NCBI GenBank assembly: GCA_009103225.1
Contig: RHPI01000277.1
Location: 828,074 to 892,073 of the forward strand
Source: Chlorokybus atmophyticus
Taxonomy: Eukaryota; Plantae; Mesostigma and Chlorokybus algae
Direction of reading: 5' to 3'
DNA length: 64,000 nucleotides
The notes below the pieces were generated by a model. The model ran no database searches, was not told the origin of the DNA, and saw only the letters and a list, made by a program, of their open reading frames with translations. Below, one piece after another: positions 36,983 through 54,334 of the stretch. Position numbers and translations under genes: made by a program. Within the stretch, counting starts at the first letter, position 1; each line of letters begins with the position of its first letter.

Positions 36983-38882
36983 GTTGTCAGTATGCTGTAA
37001 AGCTAGCTAGCCCAGCTCGATCCCCTGGCGTGGCTTGGTGGTCACACCAGGCGTGAGAGTCCAACCAAGAGAGGCACCGCCGGCTCGATCCACCAACGCT
37101 CATACACCACGCCAAGCTGCAGCCGTCTCCTAGGCCTAAGCTGGGTGGCTAGCCGGACAGCCGGATTACTGCCACCGCCACCGCCACCGCCTCCTCTCCC
37201 AGCGCATGTGCTGTGGTCACACCGACCGTTCGCGTGCGTGCGTGCGTGAGAGAGGTGTGACCACCACTGTCCAACAGCCAGCAATGTTTGTGCTTTTTGC
37301 TGAGGACGAACGATGGAGATCAAAACTCGAGTCATATGATTGTTGGGAGGAGATACCTGCCTAGGCTGCACGGCCTAAATATGGGAGGGGTAAAGTGCCA
37401 TTGGTGTGATCTTGGTCCAAGCATCTTCATGCATTCGTACAAGTGGAAATTGAAACTTTTAGTACATGTTTAAGTGGTGCACATGCCGGCGAATCACAAC
37501 CGACTTCAGAGTGGCAGCGCCCGCTTCAGCACGTGACAGGGAGAGAGTGAATCAGTAGGTTAGCATTTGAATCACCAGAGGTTTGTTACTGCTCAGTGCA
37601 GGTAGTTCACGGACGTGAAACGTTGGGACATCTATGGATCACGCGACCATGTGGCGCCGTACCGTTACAGAGTGCCCTACGGTGACCAGCAGTGCCACCT
37701 GCGTGCACACTTCACTTTCAAGTGTCACCGTTTTATGTAAAACGCTATATAAGGTAAATTGCCTTGTTCAAAGGCTCTTGCTACCGGTAAGAGGACACCT
37801 ACCGGTACTGCATGAGGGAGATTGAGATTGAAAAGTTAGGGACACGAAAGGTTAGCCCAATTAAGAAAGTGCAGTGTACGGTTTTGTTCGCGGCTCTGTG
37901 ATAAACATGGCCTCAAGATTGAGGGAGGGGGTCGTCTGTACGCTTGCCAGCCGTCGGCTGGAGCCTCAGCCTGGAGAGCAAAGCGGCGTGACGACCCTCC
38001 CGCCCTAGGATCCTTTTGTAACTCTTACAGGAATAAGCAGTGAGAACTTTTATACATAACACACGTAACACATGACATGACGTGCTGTTTGCGGCATGGA
38101 TTCTTGGTCATGTCACATATTCTATGTGACATGGTGCGAAGCTTGCGTGTGTAACACACGTAGCCCATTGCAATTACTGGCTTGGGAACTTCATATCTTA
38201 TAATTCATGTTACTCAGTGCGGAGATCCACATAATGAATGTGCAAGCGTTCAGAACAAGTAAGATGCCATAATGGTTTTGCAATGAGCATACGCATGCGT
38301 CGCGCTACATTCGATAAAGCGTGATCAATTCGGTACATACCAATGTTCAGTTGCATACATATGCACTTGTACATTAGCGTGTGTGCGCAACTTTTAGATA
38401 CCGTGTTGTTCTTAAAAACCAAGTCACCCAAATGTATCTTGAGACATAACAACCATCATATGCATATGCGCGTAGTTATTGCGGTGTATTGTGTGGCACA
38501 TATTTCACAATAGGTGTTACTCATACAACTCAGTCAACACGATGCAAGCGCAATCAAGTAAATAACATCATTCTTTTAGCTGAAGTAATTGTGGTCGCGA
38601 TTATGATGTTAACATAATGCTAAATCAACAACAGATGCACACAAAATACATCGCAACTGTTAGACTTACTACATTGCACTCTTGTAATGTGAGTGGCTAT
38701 GTATTATGCGCCAATGTATGATGTTGAATACGATGCAATCAATTAGAAGAGTTCATGCAGTCGCTGCCGACACCAGATGCTTCACCATAGTAGCCCAACA
38801 TACTCAATATGTACAAGCCACCAATAATCAACCACCAATCACATTCAAACGCGATCAGTTGCAACACAATAAACTAACCCAC

Positions 38883-41371
38883 TCAGAGTGTCAGTGCTCC
38901 ATTTGACTGGGGAACAATTCTAGCCGAACGCCTAAGCGACCCTTGCCAACCGAACAGGTTCAGGAACCGTTGCCATGTTGACGGCCTCGCGTGTTGCATA
39001 GCATCAACTCTGGCGTCTGACAAGAGCCAGCACAGATGATCAGCAGGAACTTGCCAATCAGGTGGACGAACACCCTGCCAGACGGGACTCAAGATGCTTA
39101 CCTTTTGAATCAACGCCAGCGCCTTGATCACAGGTTTCTGTTTGCTGTCTACTGTCAATACTGGTACCAACGCCATCCCTACCACTAACACCACCAAAAC
39201 TAGTAGATTCTCTGCTCGATGCACCACTTGACGATGCTTCGCTGCCTTGCATCGCGTGTGTTGCTGGCGCAGCAACCCTTTCATCATCGTTGTCCTGCCC
39301 CCCCAATGCTGCCCCAGCTCTGACCTTCCTGTCTTGCTTGTGGTAAGCCTGCCCGCCCGACGCCGGCGCACTAGTGCTTGGCTCAGTACCGAAAGTGTTC
39401 TGTGCAAGACTTGTGGTGCGAGGCCTAGGACTGGACACAAACATGCATTGGTTGGCAACGGAAGCATGAATGAACATTCGTATGCGTGTGCGCACATGTG
39501 CATGCATCAAACAGGCAAACTTCTCTACCTTGTTTGAACTATGCGCGCGATCTCTAGAGCCTTACTGAGCTCGCCATTGCCCGCCGACAAGGAGTCCTCG
39601 AGCTTAAGCGCTTCCCGCAGCCGTGCCCGCTCGGCTGCATTTTCCGGCCTGTGCAGAATGCTATCAGCTGCTGTTGAGAGAGAATGTGCGTGCGTGCGTG
39701 CACACGCGCGCAAGTGCATGCGTGCGTGGGTGGGTGGGTGCCTGTGTGCACGCGTGTGCCTGTGTGTGTGTGCGTGCATAATGACAAAAAAAACAAACCG
39801 GAATGCAGCAGCGTCTAAGGCGGTGTCTTGCTTCAAAGCGTGCAAAAATTCTGTATACTGCGGCGGCAAGCAGACGGGTTAGACTAGCAGTACCGTATTA
39901 GCGCTGATGCCTCCATTGTCAGCTAACCTGTATTGCACCGTCATCGTTCTCGTCCATTAACGCAATAAACGCATTTACTTCTTCTTGCGACAGCGGATCA
40001 GCAAGCTCTGGTAGCAGACAGACGTTACATGCTTGTTGTCAACATGCCTACGGCGTTACTGCCTCTCACCCATTGTGACAGCTTTGAACTCTTCCAGCGA
40101 TATTGCACCCGAGCCATCGCGATCGAAAAAGTTAAACGCATCTGACAGGATTTTCTCCTCATCTTCTTTGCCCTTAGAGAGGTAACTCCTGTGCATAACC
40201 ACATGCCAGAACCTTGGTATAGCACGCAAAGGGAGCAGCGGCTCGTACAAGTGTACATTGAACTCAAAAACAAGTACATTTATTCTTGAACTCAAAACTG
40301 TAGAATCCAGCAACAACAGAAAAACGCAAGCCAAGCAACCAAGGGGATACATCGCTCTCACCATAGATGCACGAACTGGCCAAAGGTGATCGTGTCTACG
40401 CTCTGTCGCACTTCAATGGCAGCCAAAGCCTCGTTGACGTACTCCTCCATTGGATTCTGCGAGATGGTATGAGAGTTACCGAGGCCAACAGTACACCTCG
40501 TCTGCAGATAGCACCACTGAAGAGTGGTGCTTTGCTTACCACGCCAACAGCCCTCAGCAGCTTGTACAGTTCTTGACAAGGCAGCGCGCTCTCATCAAAA
40601 TCCAACTGCGGCCCCAACGAGAATATTTACGCCTTGTCAAGCCAAAAGTACTATTTCGTGCATGCATATGGTGATGCACTCGTATACCTCTGAATCCCAT
40701 AGCGCAAAGTCCAATGCACGTCTCGCCGACTCAATCTGGCTGGCAGGTAGTCCTGCGAGTAGCCATGTCAACCAGAATAGCACTACAGTTACTTGTATGT
40801 GTGCTAACAAGTTAGAATCGCTTGTAAATATACGCCGACATGCACCTGAACACTTGTAATGCATACACACTCACACAGGCTTCAGGCAGTTGAGCACATC
40901 CTATGCAACCATACATACGTGTGGGTTCGTGGGTATGTGAACGTATGTGGTCAGGCATGTACAGACACGCACACACTATTCAGATCCCCCCTTGACTGTC
41001 TGGACAAGTGTGCTCACAGATGACGACACGCGCGCATGCGGACAATTATACTGGCCTGCACGCACACGCCCATACGTGTGCATGCCCACGAGCGTGCGTG
41101 CATAGATGGGCATGCAGGTGCGCGCTATCGTGCTCTTGCTGAAACCCGCAGTTACAGGGGCAGACACACTTGTGGCAGCAGTGATGCGACAGCTACCAAT
41201 CAACACAAGATACTCACCCGTATCCTCTTCTCGCCAGGCCCGCGCAGGGGCAGCAGTGCTGGTCCTAGGGACTCGAACGTGACCCGCCGCTGATGTGGAG
41301 GCCCCTGATGATGAGACGGCGGCCGCCCCCGCATTGGAGCGGCCGCCGATGGAGAATATCATGCGCAGCAT
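38883..41371 (-). CDS. Calmodulin/centrin-like EF-hand protein with N- and C-terminal extensions, multi-exon
   Basis: DAFNFFDRDGSGAISLEEFKAVTM|ELADPLSQEEVNAFIALMDENDDGAIQ|YTEF gives two canonical EF loops. The N-lobe is degenerate. Confidence 0.75.
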
Positions 41372-42305
41372 GGCACTGCACAAGCTGAGTGTTGGATGCG
41401 AACATTAAGGCTAACGACACCATGGTCGATCCTTGCCAGCATGCTGAAAGGATGGTATAATCTAGCAATAGTTGCAATACAATTGTGCCATTCAAGTCCA
41501 CGCTCACGTTAAGTGCCTTTTAAGTGACTTTCTAAGGGCTAATCTGAAAAAGTGTGCATAGCACATGATTGAAGTTGTAGCTGCGCACACGAATGCAATG
41601 CAGCACTGTGAGAAAGCAGTCAGCGGACAATACTTAAGCATTCAAAAGCACACAAAGCATAAAGTGTGGTGCTGAGATGACAATTGCTGCTGGGCAAGGG
41701 CCTGACATTGGGAGCAGCAGCTTGGCACGCAATGCCAACAACCCGTACCGCGCGTGCCGCTATTTGTGTTACGTGTACACCTCTTGTCCAGGACTGTATG
41801 GACTGCTAGCAAGCTTATATGTCATCTGCTGCTACACAGTACTGGTGATGGATGTTGTCTACAGTGCTGAGCGGCTCATATCTCTCATGTCACATGCCGC
41901 ACACAATTCACACTTGACACCTGCCTGCGTAGTGATGTACTTGGGTCATCCGCTCTGCCAACTAAGTGTTGTGGCCAAGACTATGTGACACACAGAGCCG
42001 GCTGTGGTTGACACTACAACTTGCTGCAACCATGCTTGCATTGAGGCTTTATACTGTGTTTCAAGTGTCTTGTTGAAGCAAGTGCCTGTACACGTCCATA
42101 CTCACGGTTTCACCTGTCAAGGAGTTCCGCCCATGCTCCTCCTACGCTTTACTCCAACCAGCAGCGTCGGCAACCACCATCCAGCAGCAGGGGCGGGCAA
42201 CCACACGTCTATCATACTTGCCCCCGCTTAAAACACGTGAACATCACTATACCAGCTTAAGCTAAACGCATACAGACGTAAGCAATCTACCAATCAAGCT
42301 CAATC

Positions 42306-42335
42306 AGCTCAGCTCAGCTCAGCTCAGCTTAGCTC
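42306..42335. repeat. (AGCTC)n pentamer repeat
   Basis: agctcagctcagctcagctcagcttagctc. Confidence 0.85.
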
Positions 42336-43128
42336 TCTAGCACCAGCGCCAGCGCCAGCTCAACGTTCAGCTCAAGTTTAGGCTCAACACTAACTCAATA
42401 GCTCAAAGCTGCCTTCATTGCCTTTCAGCTCACTCTGTGCAGTAGGTCATAGCTTGTGCAACACAGTGGAAGCTTTGTTCTCCTGGACTGTGCTACCAGC
42501 TGGCACGGCGGACCAGACCAACCCTAATGCCAGGTGGTTTTCAGGGACTTGCTGTGTTTCTCCCTGTTGCCCACAACAAAGCGCAAGACAAAGTTATTTT
42601 GGGCATAGCAGCTGCTAAGCAGAAGTACCGATATTGACTGTAGGCACATGTAAAATCGATATCAAGCCTGAGTCGGTATTGCAAGCGTCGACTTCGATAG
42701 TCGACAGTTCCAGAGGACGGGGCTGTCGGTGCTGCGTCTCGACCTAACTCGCAGGCTTGCGTAGGATATTGAGCAATTAGCGGGCAGTCGTGCTCAGATG
42801 CGCGGCTCGAGACGTACAACAGGTTTGCCCAGTTAGCGCAAAGTGCTGCCTGGTTAGCGTTTCAACATTTGAATGCCCGCCTGTAGAGTTTTACAAGCTC
42901 TACACCGTGCGCGGTCTCGCACAAGGCTAACTGGAAACAGCAAACTTTTCGTTGTGCTTCCCTTTTTAAAGAATGCCCGCCTGCGAGCAATAACGCAAGC
43001 TTGGGAAGGGCGATGCCAAGGGCGCTAGAGCAAAGACTTAACAAGTGAGGTTGAGTCTGGGGTATATATTCATAGGGACTGTGCAGCAAACTCAGTATAT
43101 AGTTTTCAGCTTTTCGGCGGTGGCGTAG

Positions 43129-43835
<707 letters not shown>

Positions 43836-43921
43836 GCGGAGCGAACTTTGCAAGTCGCAACGAGAATCCACAGTGGCAAGCGCTCAGTCAGACTTCCTCT
43901 GGCTTTCGTGCTGCCATCAAA

Positions 43922-43941
43922 TGGTGTTTTAATAAACACCA
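43922..43941 (+). promoter_or_regulatory. Histone 3' stem-loop-like element overlapping AATAAA
   Basis: tGGTGTTT-TAAT-AAACACCa, about 87 nt after the H4 stop, preceded by caaa and followed by cccc. Confidence 0.7.
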
Positions 43942-45195
43942 CCCCTCTGTACAGAACCTAGTCACTCTTTCTCCCTCTTTATAACTATGTATTCACTGAC
44001 TATTGTACCTATTCGCAAGGTCGCTAGCTTTGCACAGATTTGCACACCAGTGCTTAGTTTGAGATGGCCTTGGCATGGTTGGCCGCACACCAATATTGTC
44101 AACGGTTTGTGTTGCAGCTGAATTGCCTGACATGGCTTCCAAAAGCCGTTGTCATTGTCGCATTGTTGAACTGCATTGTACAACGATTTGAAGTGGTATC
44201 TCGAGGCAATTTGGGGGGTGAGAAGTTGTATGAGGCTGAGCTACGAGCACAATTGTGACGCAACTTGTACAAACACAAGAAAGGTTTGGGTAGCAAGCAT
44301 CCAATGAGAAGGTGAATGCGACCAGCAGGGTAGTTACAACTAGATTGTGTGCGAAGGTTGTTGCATTCGCGAATGATGTGCTGCCGCACGTAGTTGCATT
44401 TGCATTGTTGTAGCCCTGTTGTTATGACCCCTAGGCAGTGGGTTAGTGTGAGGGTAGCGTGGGTAGCAGTAGGGCCGGTTGATTGTTGTTGCTATCCTAT
44501 TTCTTTGCTGCTTACCCTCTCTGAACCTCAACAAGCGCACACATTCATGTCCCATGCGCTCGCATAAGCCAGCATCTCACATGTTCTACCAGACCTTGTA
44601 TACAAAATAGAGATTGAGTGATGAATTTGTTGTTGTTGCCAATTCAAAGCATGCAGGATTGGCACAGTGCCCTCGAAGAAGATAGCATCTCACAACTGTA
44701 TAGGGCCAGCTATCGCAACACTTCTGATGTTCAGTTGATTTGTTCCCGGTGTGGTTTGCACGCTGTAATGCCTACAGATTGCATATCTGAAGTAAGTCCA
44801 AAAGCAGCACGTGCTGCTGCCATATACAAGGGGCTGTCCGATGTGCACGCATCATATGCCTCACCATACCAGTGGTATGATGAGGGATATTGTAATGTAT
44901 GATACCACACTCAACAATCATGCCATATAATTACACGTGTTTCTACTGGTTCATATTCCGTCTAGATGTCTGTACCTCAACATCACAAGTTTCACCTTGC
45001 GCCACCTTGCAAGCGTAATGTACAGTGGCCAACAGATAGTCAACTACAAAAACAACTAGACCAAGAGCAGCTCCAGGGGCTTAATAAGTACAATCAGCTA
45101 GGGGGTCACTGAGACTGTCTGGTAGGGTAAAGAACTACAATCACCAGCAAATGGTGTATGCACAAGCAAACGGCGCATGGCTAGCTGTGCTGCAT

Positions 45196-47497
<2,302 letters not shown>

Positions 47498-48763
47498 GGT
47501 TATCTCGCCCGCCACAGCAGATGCATGCTGCCAGACACATCAATAAACATGTGTGCATCACCATTACGACATGCTGAGTAGGTGGACTCTTTCTGAGTTT
47601 CAACTGTCATAATGTTACCACACTGCGCACGTGCGAACTTACTGGCGGTCTATTTCAATGTAGGTAGCAATGGACGCCAGCAGCGCACTCGATAAACCCT
47701 GATGGCCTGCAACAACAGAGTGATGAGCACCAGATTTGGTCAAAGCGCACATGGTGTCAGTTTGGGCTGGTAAGAGCTCAATGACTGAGCCTTGGTCTGC
47801 AATGGTACTACCAGAAAAATGACCAATCTGTGCGGCAGACTGTGCGCAAAACCACCTACTGCGCACACAGTCAACGTACAGTAATGGAGAAAATTGAGCA
47901 AGCGTTATCACACACCACAAGGAGCAAGCACTATCAGTACCTAGCGAATGAAGTCTGACTGTAAAGCCATGTTATGATATGCATGTGCGTGCACGTGCGC
48001 CCGTGTGCAAGCGTGCACAGGCATGTGTGTAAGTGCGATTACCAAAATGCATGTTTGTGGTGTGCATGGTGTAGTGTAAAAGCAACCACTACAGGACAGG
48101 CAGCTGTTCGCAAGGACACTTGGACTGCCTGTGGAGTATGCCAAACTGCAGGTAGTTGTTTCTGGTCAAGAACGTATAAGTAACACACCGCACGCACCAC
48201 AGTCCTAGCCATAACACGGTGACTTTGACACGGATGGCAGTGTGAGCAGCTGTGAATCAAGGAATCTGCTGACATGCAACACTTGTAGCTGCTGAGGAAA
48301 CGCTCTTGCTCATGGGTGCCGCACAGGACAACATCTATGGTCTCACTGAGCCTGGGGGACAACCCAGACAGCTGTGTAGGTGCTTCCGAGCTACAGGAGC
48401 GAATTGTGTCAATCTCAAACTTTGCCTTCACTACTGAGTAGGTACCAAGCTAGCAGCGAGTGCAACATGTATGGACACTGGAAGAACCCACCCTCGTTTT
48501 TGTTGGCTCTCATGCACAGGACATGAGCACAACTGAAGCATAGTCTTCTATATGTCGTATGTCACAGTGTGTACATCCACAACTCAACACACCTGACGAT
48601 ACCTTTCCGCGTCCTGCTGCTCCCGTTCTCCGGAAAGCTCTCTCTAGCTCAGGCCCAAAGCAAAGCTAAGTGCAGTGTCCAGCAGGATCGGCTTCCACCT
48701 GTGCCCAAGCCACAGCGCCAAGCCAGCTGTCGCTACCAAACGCCTCCCGACAGCTTCGTGCAC

Positions 48764-48798
<35 letters not shown>

Positions 48799-51038
48799 CT
48801 AAAGCGGCCAAAAATCAGCAGGAAACAGTGCGCGGCGGCGGCGGTGGCAAAGCTGTGCACTTGATTGCTGCCACTAGCCAGTGCCACTGCCGCAAACTTA
48901 ATCAGAACCAATGACCGGAGCGTTTAACGGCTCCGGGCTACAACCGTTTTGTTGCTAACCGGACGGTCTTTTTGGCCCGCAAATCTGGCCTCATACACAA
49001 TTGCAGTGCATTGACTACAAGTACATTTTGTCTTATTACAGTGATGTACTTTTAACACTTGCGCCTGCTGTCAAAACAGTGTTCGTTCAACGTGTGCCTC
49101 AGCTCCGTGCCCTTTTCGTCAGCAAGCCGGAGGAAGACTGTACCTGTAACAAAAGTACATTTATACGGTACAGTGCACTTCGCGAATGTACCGCTAACAG
49201 ATGACACGGCCGACCAGGGCTCGCCGCAGCATCGCTCTGGTAGTTATACCAGTAGCTGCATGAGTGGCAGTGGACGCACATGCTATCATGACCTCGTCAG
49301 TGTCATGATGAGTCTGCCGACAAGCAGGTTGTGTGACGTGCACAAGAGTTAGATCTACACGGAGCAGTACACATGCACAGTCTAACCTCAATAAGTGCAT
49401 ATCCGCGATTAGCGCATAAATTTGGCCGTCACCAACGTCTGCAGGGGAAACCTTTGCGTTAAGAGCTTATGCATTATCGATAAGTGCATCATGTCAAATG
49501 CCTAACCTTCAGTGCGTGTATGCATTTATCGGGGTACATTGCGCTGAGATTACAGAAAAACTACTGTTCAAGCATATTTTAGTTACGGTTACAGTCGTAA
49601 CCACGTAACTCACGATTAGAGGTACTCATTAACTGCATAAATCATGCACTTAACGCGGGTGCATAGTGTACAATATATAGGATGCAGAGATTGTGGCATG
49701 TATCACAATGTGAGGCATGCATTGCACACCACACACAACACCACACAACACTTACATTCACCACCGGGTGTATATGCACACGCAGGGATACACACCGTTT
49801 TATACATGCCTTTTGGTGCAAAGTGCAACTTGAAGCATTACGGTCACTGTGCTCGTGGAATTCATCGTATAACGCTTACTGCATAACTTTTATATAATCA
49901 CGATTGTTTTTAATTGCATCATTGCAATTAAAAACAATTGTGATTATATCTACAAGCAAAACATCACAATAGATGCCGCGTTGTATGGACGTAAGCATGC
50001 TGCCGCAAGGATTGGTAATCGCTATGCTAGGATTAGTAATCGCCATGCTAGTTATTGTGGACTTGCACCCAATCAGCATGAGGCAAGAACATTCTCAAGA
50101 ATGCTAATGCACGACCCTTATCACGGAATGCCGCTCGTTTTTGCAATCAACTTGTTTAAATCGTGAGATCAAACCGACAAATGCAATGGCAATAACATAC
50201 ACGCATATGAACCAATGAGAATGCAATCAACCTCGTATCATGCACATGTACCTGTGTGTATAAAGGCAAAGACTATGGCATGACCATGGACACAGTGCTA
50301 ACAAGCTCAACAAGCGAGCAAGTTAATGCACAAGTTGCATAGGTTGCAAGTTTGTTGTAAAACATAGGCAATGCAGAGCAAGTCAAGTGCTGGGCCCCGC
50401 AGCAGCACGCTCAGCAAGGCAGGAAAGGCAACAGATAGCAACAGCGCCTCACCTGAAGCAACACGCCAAAATGAGCAAGATGCTCAAAGGGGCAACTGGC
50501 CACTGCAGTGTTGAGGGTGTATGTATTCTCCCGTATACATGTTCCAATTTGTGACTAGATGCGGATATGGATACGTTACCCCCCCTCCCTTCTTTCATGT
50601 ATTACAGCGAGCAAATTACATCTGTTTGATGTGCGTTCGTGGCATGGTTATCGCGTTCACATGCGCAGTGTCACTTGCAATATCCGTACTACCGGCGCGA
50701 CCTGCGTGTATGCGGTGAGAGCCCTTGAACACATGTGCGTTAGTTGTGATGGACGTTGATAGTTTGATGGTGTGGTATACAGATAGCCCACGAACTGACT
50801 GCTTCCATGCTATGCACTTGTTGTTGTCTAGGCACTGCATATGAGCAAAGTTATGCAACTTGCCCAAACCATGTCCGTTATATAAGGGCCTGCAGCCATT
50901 GGCCGGCAACAGAGCATTAGGCCAAGCCAAACATGACACCGAAGGGCATCATGTCTGAGTGAGCCTGCTCCGAGCGTTTTCCCCGTCTTCAAGGCGGCGA
51001 CCGGTCTGTGTAACAACGTTACACAAAGTGTTCGTTAC

Positions 51039-53638
51039 CTATTTGCCAAACATGGACCCCAAGAAGCCCTTCTTCTCATGCGGCTCGTCCTTGAACTCCA
51101 CACCAAGCTCAATCAGCTTCTTAAACGCCTGTCGTGAATGCCAGACATTGACGCGTTTTGTCACTGATTGGTAACCAGAAAGCAAGTGTCACCGATTAGT
51201 AACCATAAAGCAAGTGTCACCGACCTTGGCAAAGTCCTCAAAGTACTTGTCTTGGTCTGCAGCGTACAGATCAGTCCACTTGCGGAAGGAAGGATCCCAA
51301 ATGAGCTCCATGTCGGTTGGCAGCATCATGAGCTCACCGGTGGGGTCCTGTGGCACAAAGCACACGTACATTAACGAGAGCTTGTGAGTAACTTTCCTCC
51401 ATAGGACTGCGTCGCATGTTCATCTTGCAAGAGATACCTCATATTGCAGAGGTCCGTTCCACTTCTTCTTGGACCATTTGTTAGTGGTCAGCTGAACGTA
51501 GTACTGCAAAGGCAAAACCCAAAGCACATGGAATGAGCTGAGAAGATTGTCAAAAATGATGACTATGATTATCAAAGTGTACTTGCTGCTGCATGCTGCA
51601 CAAATGTGTGATAAAGTGCTGCGGCTGCTATGCTCATTGTCACACATTGAGAGTTGTTTGCATACGCTGCACTGACCTCGTTTGAGAAAGTGGTGGGACT
51701 GTTTGTCCATGGACCCTTATACCCACTGTTCAAAGACAACATGTTAGAGTGCCCTGTGTACACAGAAACAGTGCATAAAGTAAAAGTAGCATAGAACAAG
51801 GTGTGAAGGGGATATAATGATATGATTCCAGCAAACATGCCTGTTCTGTGGATGGCAGCGTCCGAGAGCATGGGCGCCACAAAGCGCAACAATCTCCTGC
51901 AAGACAAGGCTGGCGTGAACATGTTTCGGGGGTGAACCAGGCACTGTTTGAACTCTTGCTAGGAGAGGTGGTGTTGTCAGCTAGCCAAACCAACCTGATC
52001 GTTAAAACCCATGCGGTAAAATATCTCGCGGATGTGGTTGCGGTCTTTTGAAGCATCTGGGAGGCGGCCGTCCGGAGGGGTATCGCTGGCATCGGGCTTG
52101 TCACGACGTCCGGGTCTCCAATCAATGTGCGGGCCTCCTACATAAACGCATACAACCAACCATGGCGCACAAGCCGCAACCATTGGGTGAGTTTTTACAG
52201 CAATACCACACACGTATACACGCACTCGTTTGTGCATGCACATACGGCCATGTGCATGCCCACGCACGCATAATATGCACACCCAACTCCACACCCTTGT
52301 CACCCAGGTTCACACCCCATCCACGCCCAAACGCACACACTGCGCCCCACACACACGCCTGCAACAGCAAGTGCGCACGCACACCCACAGGAAAAAGAAC
52401 CAAGCAAACAAATACAACCAACACTGACAAACACACTTGGTGCCTAGTGTGCTGCTTGGCACACACTTACAAACACACTCTTCTTTATGCTTTATGCATG
52501 CATGATGAATGATTGACTCTATGCTTAATGCATGCATGCTGCATTGCACCAGAAGAACACAAACTTTTAAGAAACTCTTACCCATCTCCTCGATGGCCAC
52601 ACACCCTGCAAAGCAACAAGTGGCTCATTGGTCCTCTACCCTGCAACTTCAGCAGCAGTGCATTCACAGGCCGATTGCAATTAGTACCTGCAAGAGTCCA
52701 CAAGTCCGCATAGGTAATGTTTGGATGCTTCTTGGCAACTTCTTCTAGGCGCAGGCGTGCATTGTCAAGGCCGCGGTTGGCAGCGTGTCCTACAAGACAC
52801 ATGTATTATTGGTGAAAAAATCATGCGCAGCGCCATTACCTGCCTTTTACAGGCACAGCATGGCCACATGTAATGCTCAAATGGTAGTACCAGATTCCGG
52901 CATGAATCGCATGGTTGCGCCGTCGCTGCCACCCTTGTTTGAAGCCTTGTCGTACGTGCCCGAACAATGCCATGCCAGGCGAACAACAACTGATGGACAG
53001 AAATGAAGTATGATGTCAGTTGCGCATGCAACACCTGATGCTGAAGCATGCGCATCCCCACACATGGCAACGTATAGCCATGAAAGGAATCGTCAGCAAA
53101 CCTGCACTGACCAGGCCCAAAGCTGCCATCATCATAGTTGTAGTCTTCCAGCACCGCTTCAATGTCCTTTCGGACCTGCAAGCCATATACCCATTCAAAG
53201 AATGCAACGCCAACATCTGTGTTCAATATGCAAGTTCAGTCTGGTAGAAAGTACGACAAGAGCACAGCAGCGCCTGTCACGTAGGCACATACTCGCCCAG
53301 CACCTGCTGATAGTCAACTTTCGGCGGCTCCTTGGCATGCACGTATGAGGCAGTGCCAGCGCCTAAGGCGGCAACCGCAAAGCCGGCAGTCACATACTGC
53401 AGCACATTGCTTTGCTCACGAGTCTGCGCTGGAATGGTGGCAAGCGCACGCGCATGCGCACCTGTAATCAATGACAAGCGAGAAGAGCAGCTGAGATCCA
53501 ACCGACCATCTACCAAGTTAGTGTCACTCTACACAGAGGCTGCTGTATGAATACACCTGCTGCGCAAAGAATGCTGCCACGGCGCAACACTGAAGTTGAT
53601 GTGCGCGCAGCACGCAGAAGAGCTATGCGAGACGCCAT
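51039..53638 (-). CDS. CCP1: Mitochondrial cytochrome c peroxidase (class I heme peroxidase), multi-exon
   Basis: [13 protein letters not shown]...[51 protein letters not shown]. Presequence [12 protein letters not shown]... plus a hydrophobic segment. Confidence 0.92.
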
Positions 53639-54289
53639 AGTGCTGCCTCAGCAGCGCCCTGAAGCAGCACGCCAAACTTGAGGTTCTTCACAAGTGGCAT
53701 TGACTCACCTCGATCGCAACATGCAACAAGGCATGTAGCATGCAGCAGTCTGCTACATGCCCTGCATATGGCACGAAGACGGCAGTTCTTGGAGCACACG
53801 CACAAAACCTCAGTCCGCCGCATTCGGGCATGCCACTGTAGCTGAACAATTGCCTCTCTTTTGCGCTACAACCGCGACAGAGCATGTGCGTAAACACCCC
53901 ACGGCAGCACACGCAAGCAGCCTACCAGATCCCAGAGAGCATGCATGTGCTTGTAGAAGCTGTTACAGCTGTGAGCCACTAACAAGCGTGCCTCATGCAC
54001 CAAGCAGGTAGTTAGCAGGGCTGCATGCGGCAAGAGCAAAGAGTGCGCAGCATACAACTTCCAGCGAAGCAAACAGCGTGTCACACAGATAAAAAGTATG
54101 CAATGCACCTCAGCAAGCCGCCGCCGCCGCTGACGCCGACGACGCCACCACCACGTGGCACAGGCAACCTGAGTTACTGTGGCACTGACAATGACTTCAA
54201 TCTGCAACGGTGTAAACAACGCTGGCAACAACGCAACTCTGAGCCGAAATATCGCGACAACACCATCGATAACGCTGGCGAGGCGAAAT

Positions 54290-54297
54290 TAGGGTTT
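54290..54297 (+). promoter_or_regulatory. Telobox (TAGGGTTT) upstream of the DUF662 gene
   Basis: aattagggtttg context, as at 21277-21288; about 37 nt upstream of the ATG. Confidence 0.55.
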
Positions 54298-54334
54298 GGT
54301 CAGCAAAGGTGAAAAGGTGAAAACTAGTTCAGAT

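Noticed and set aside
37634-37900. Gypsy integrase or chromodomain remnant
   Set aside because: Only vague resemblance (LPVLH, EIEIEK); no RT, RNase H, integrase core or paired LTR.
44618-44902. 94-aa ORF with a CxxC
   Set aside because: Isolated, with no splice-compatible extension or family motif.
51170-51225. 28-bp tandem duplication at a CcP donor site
   Set aside because: The copy is intronic and the first donor stays intact, so there is no evident consequence.
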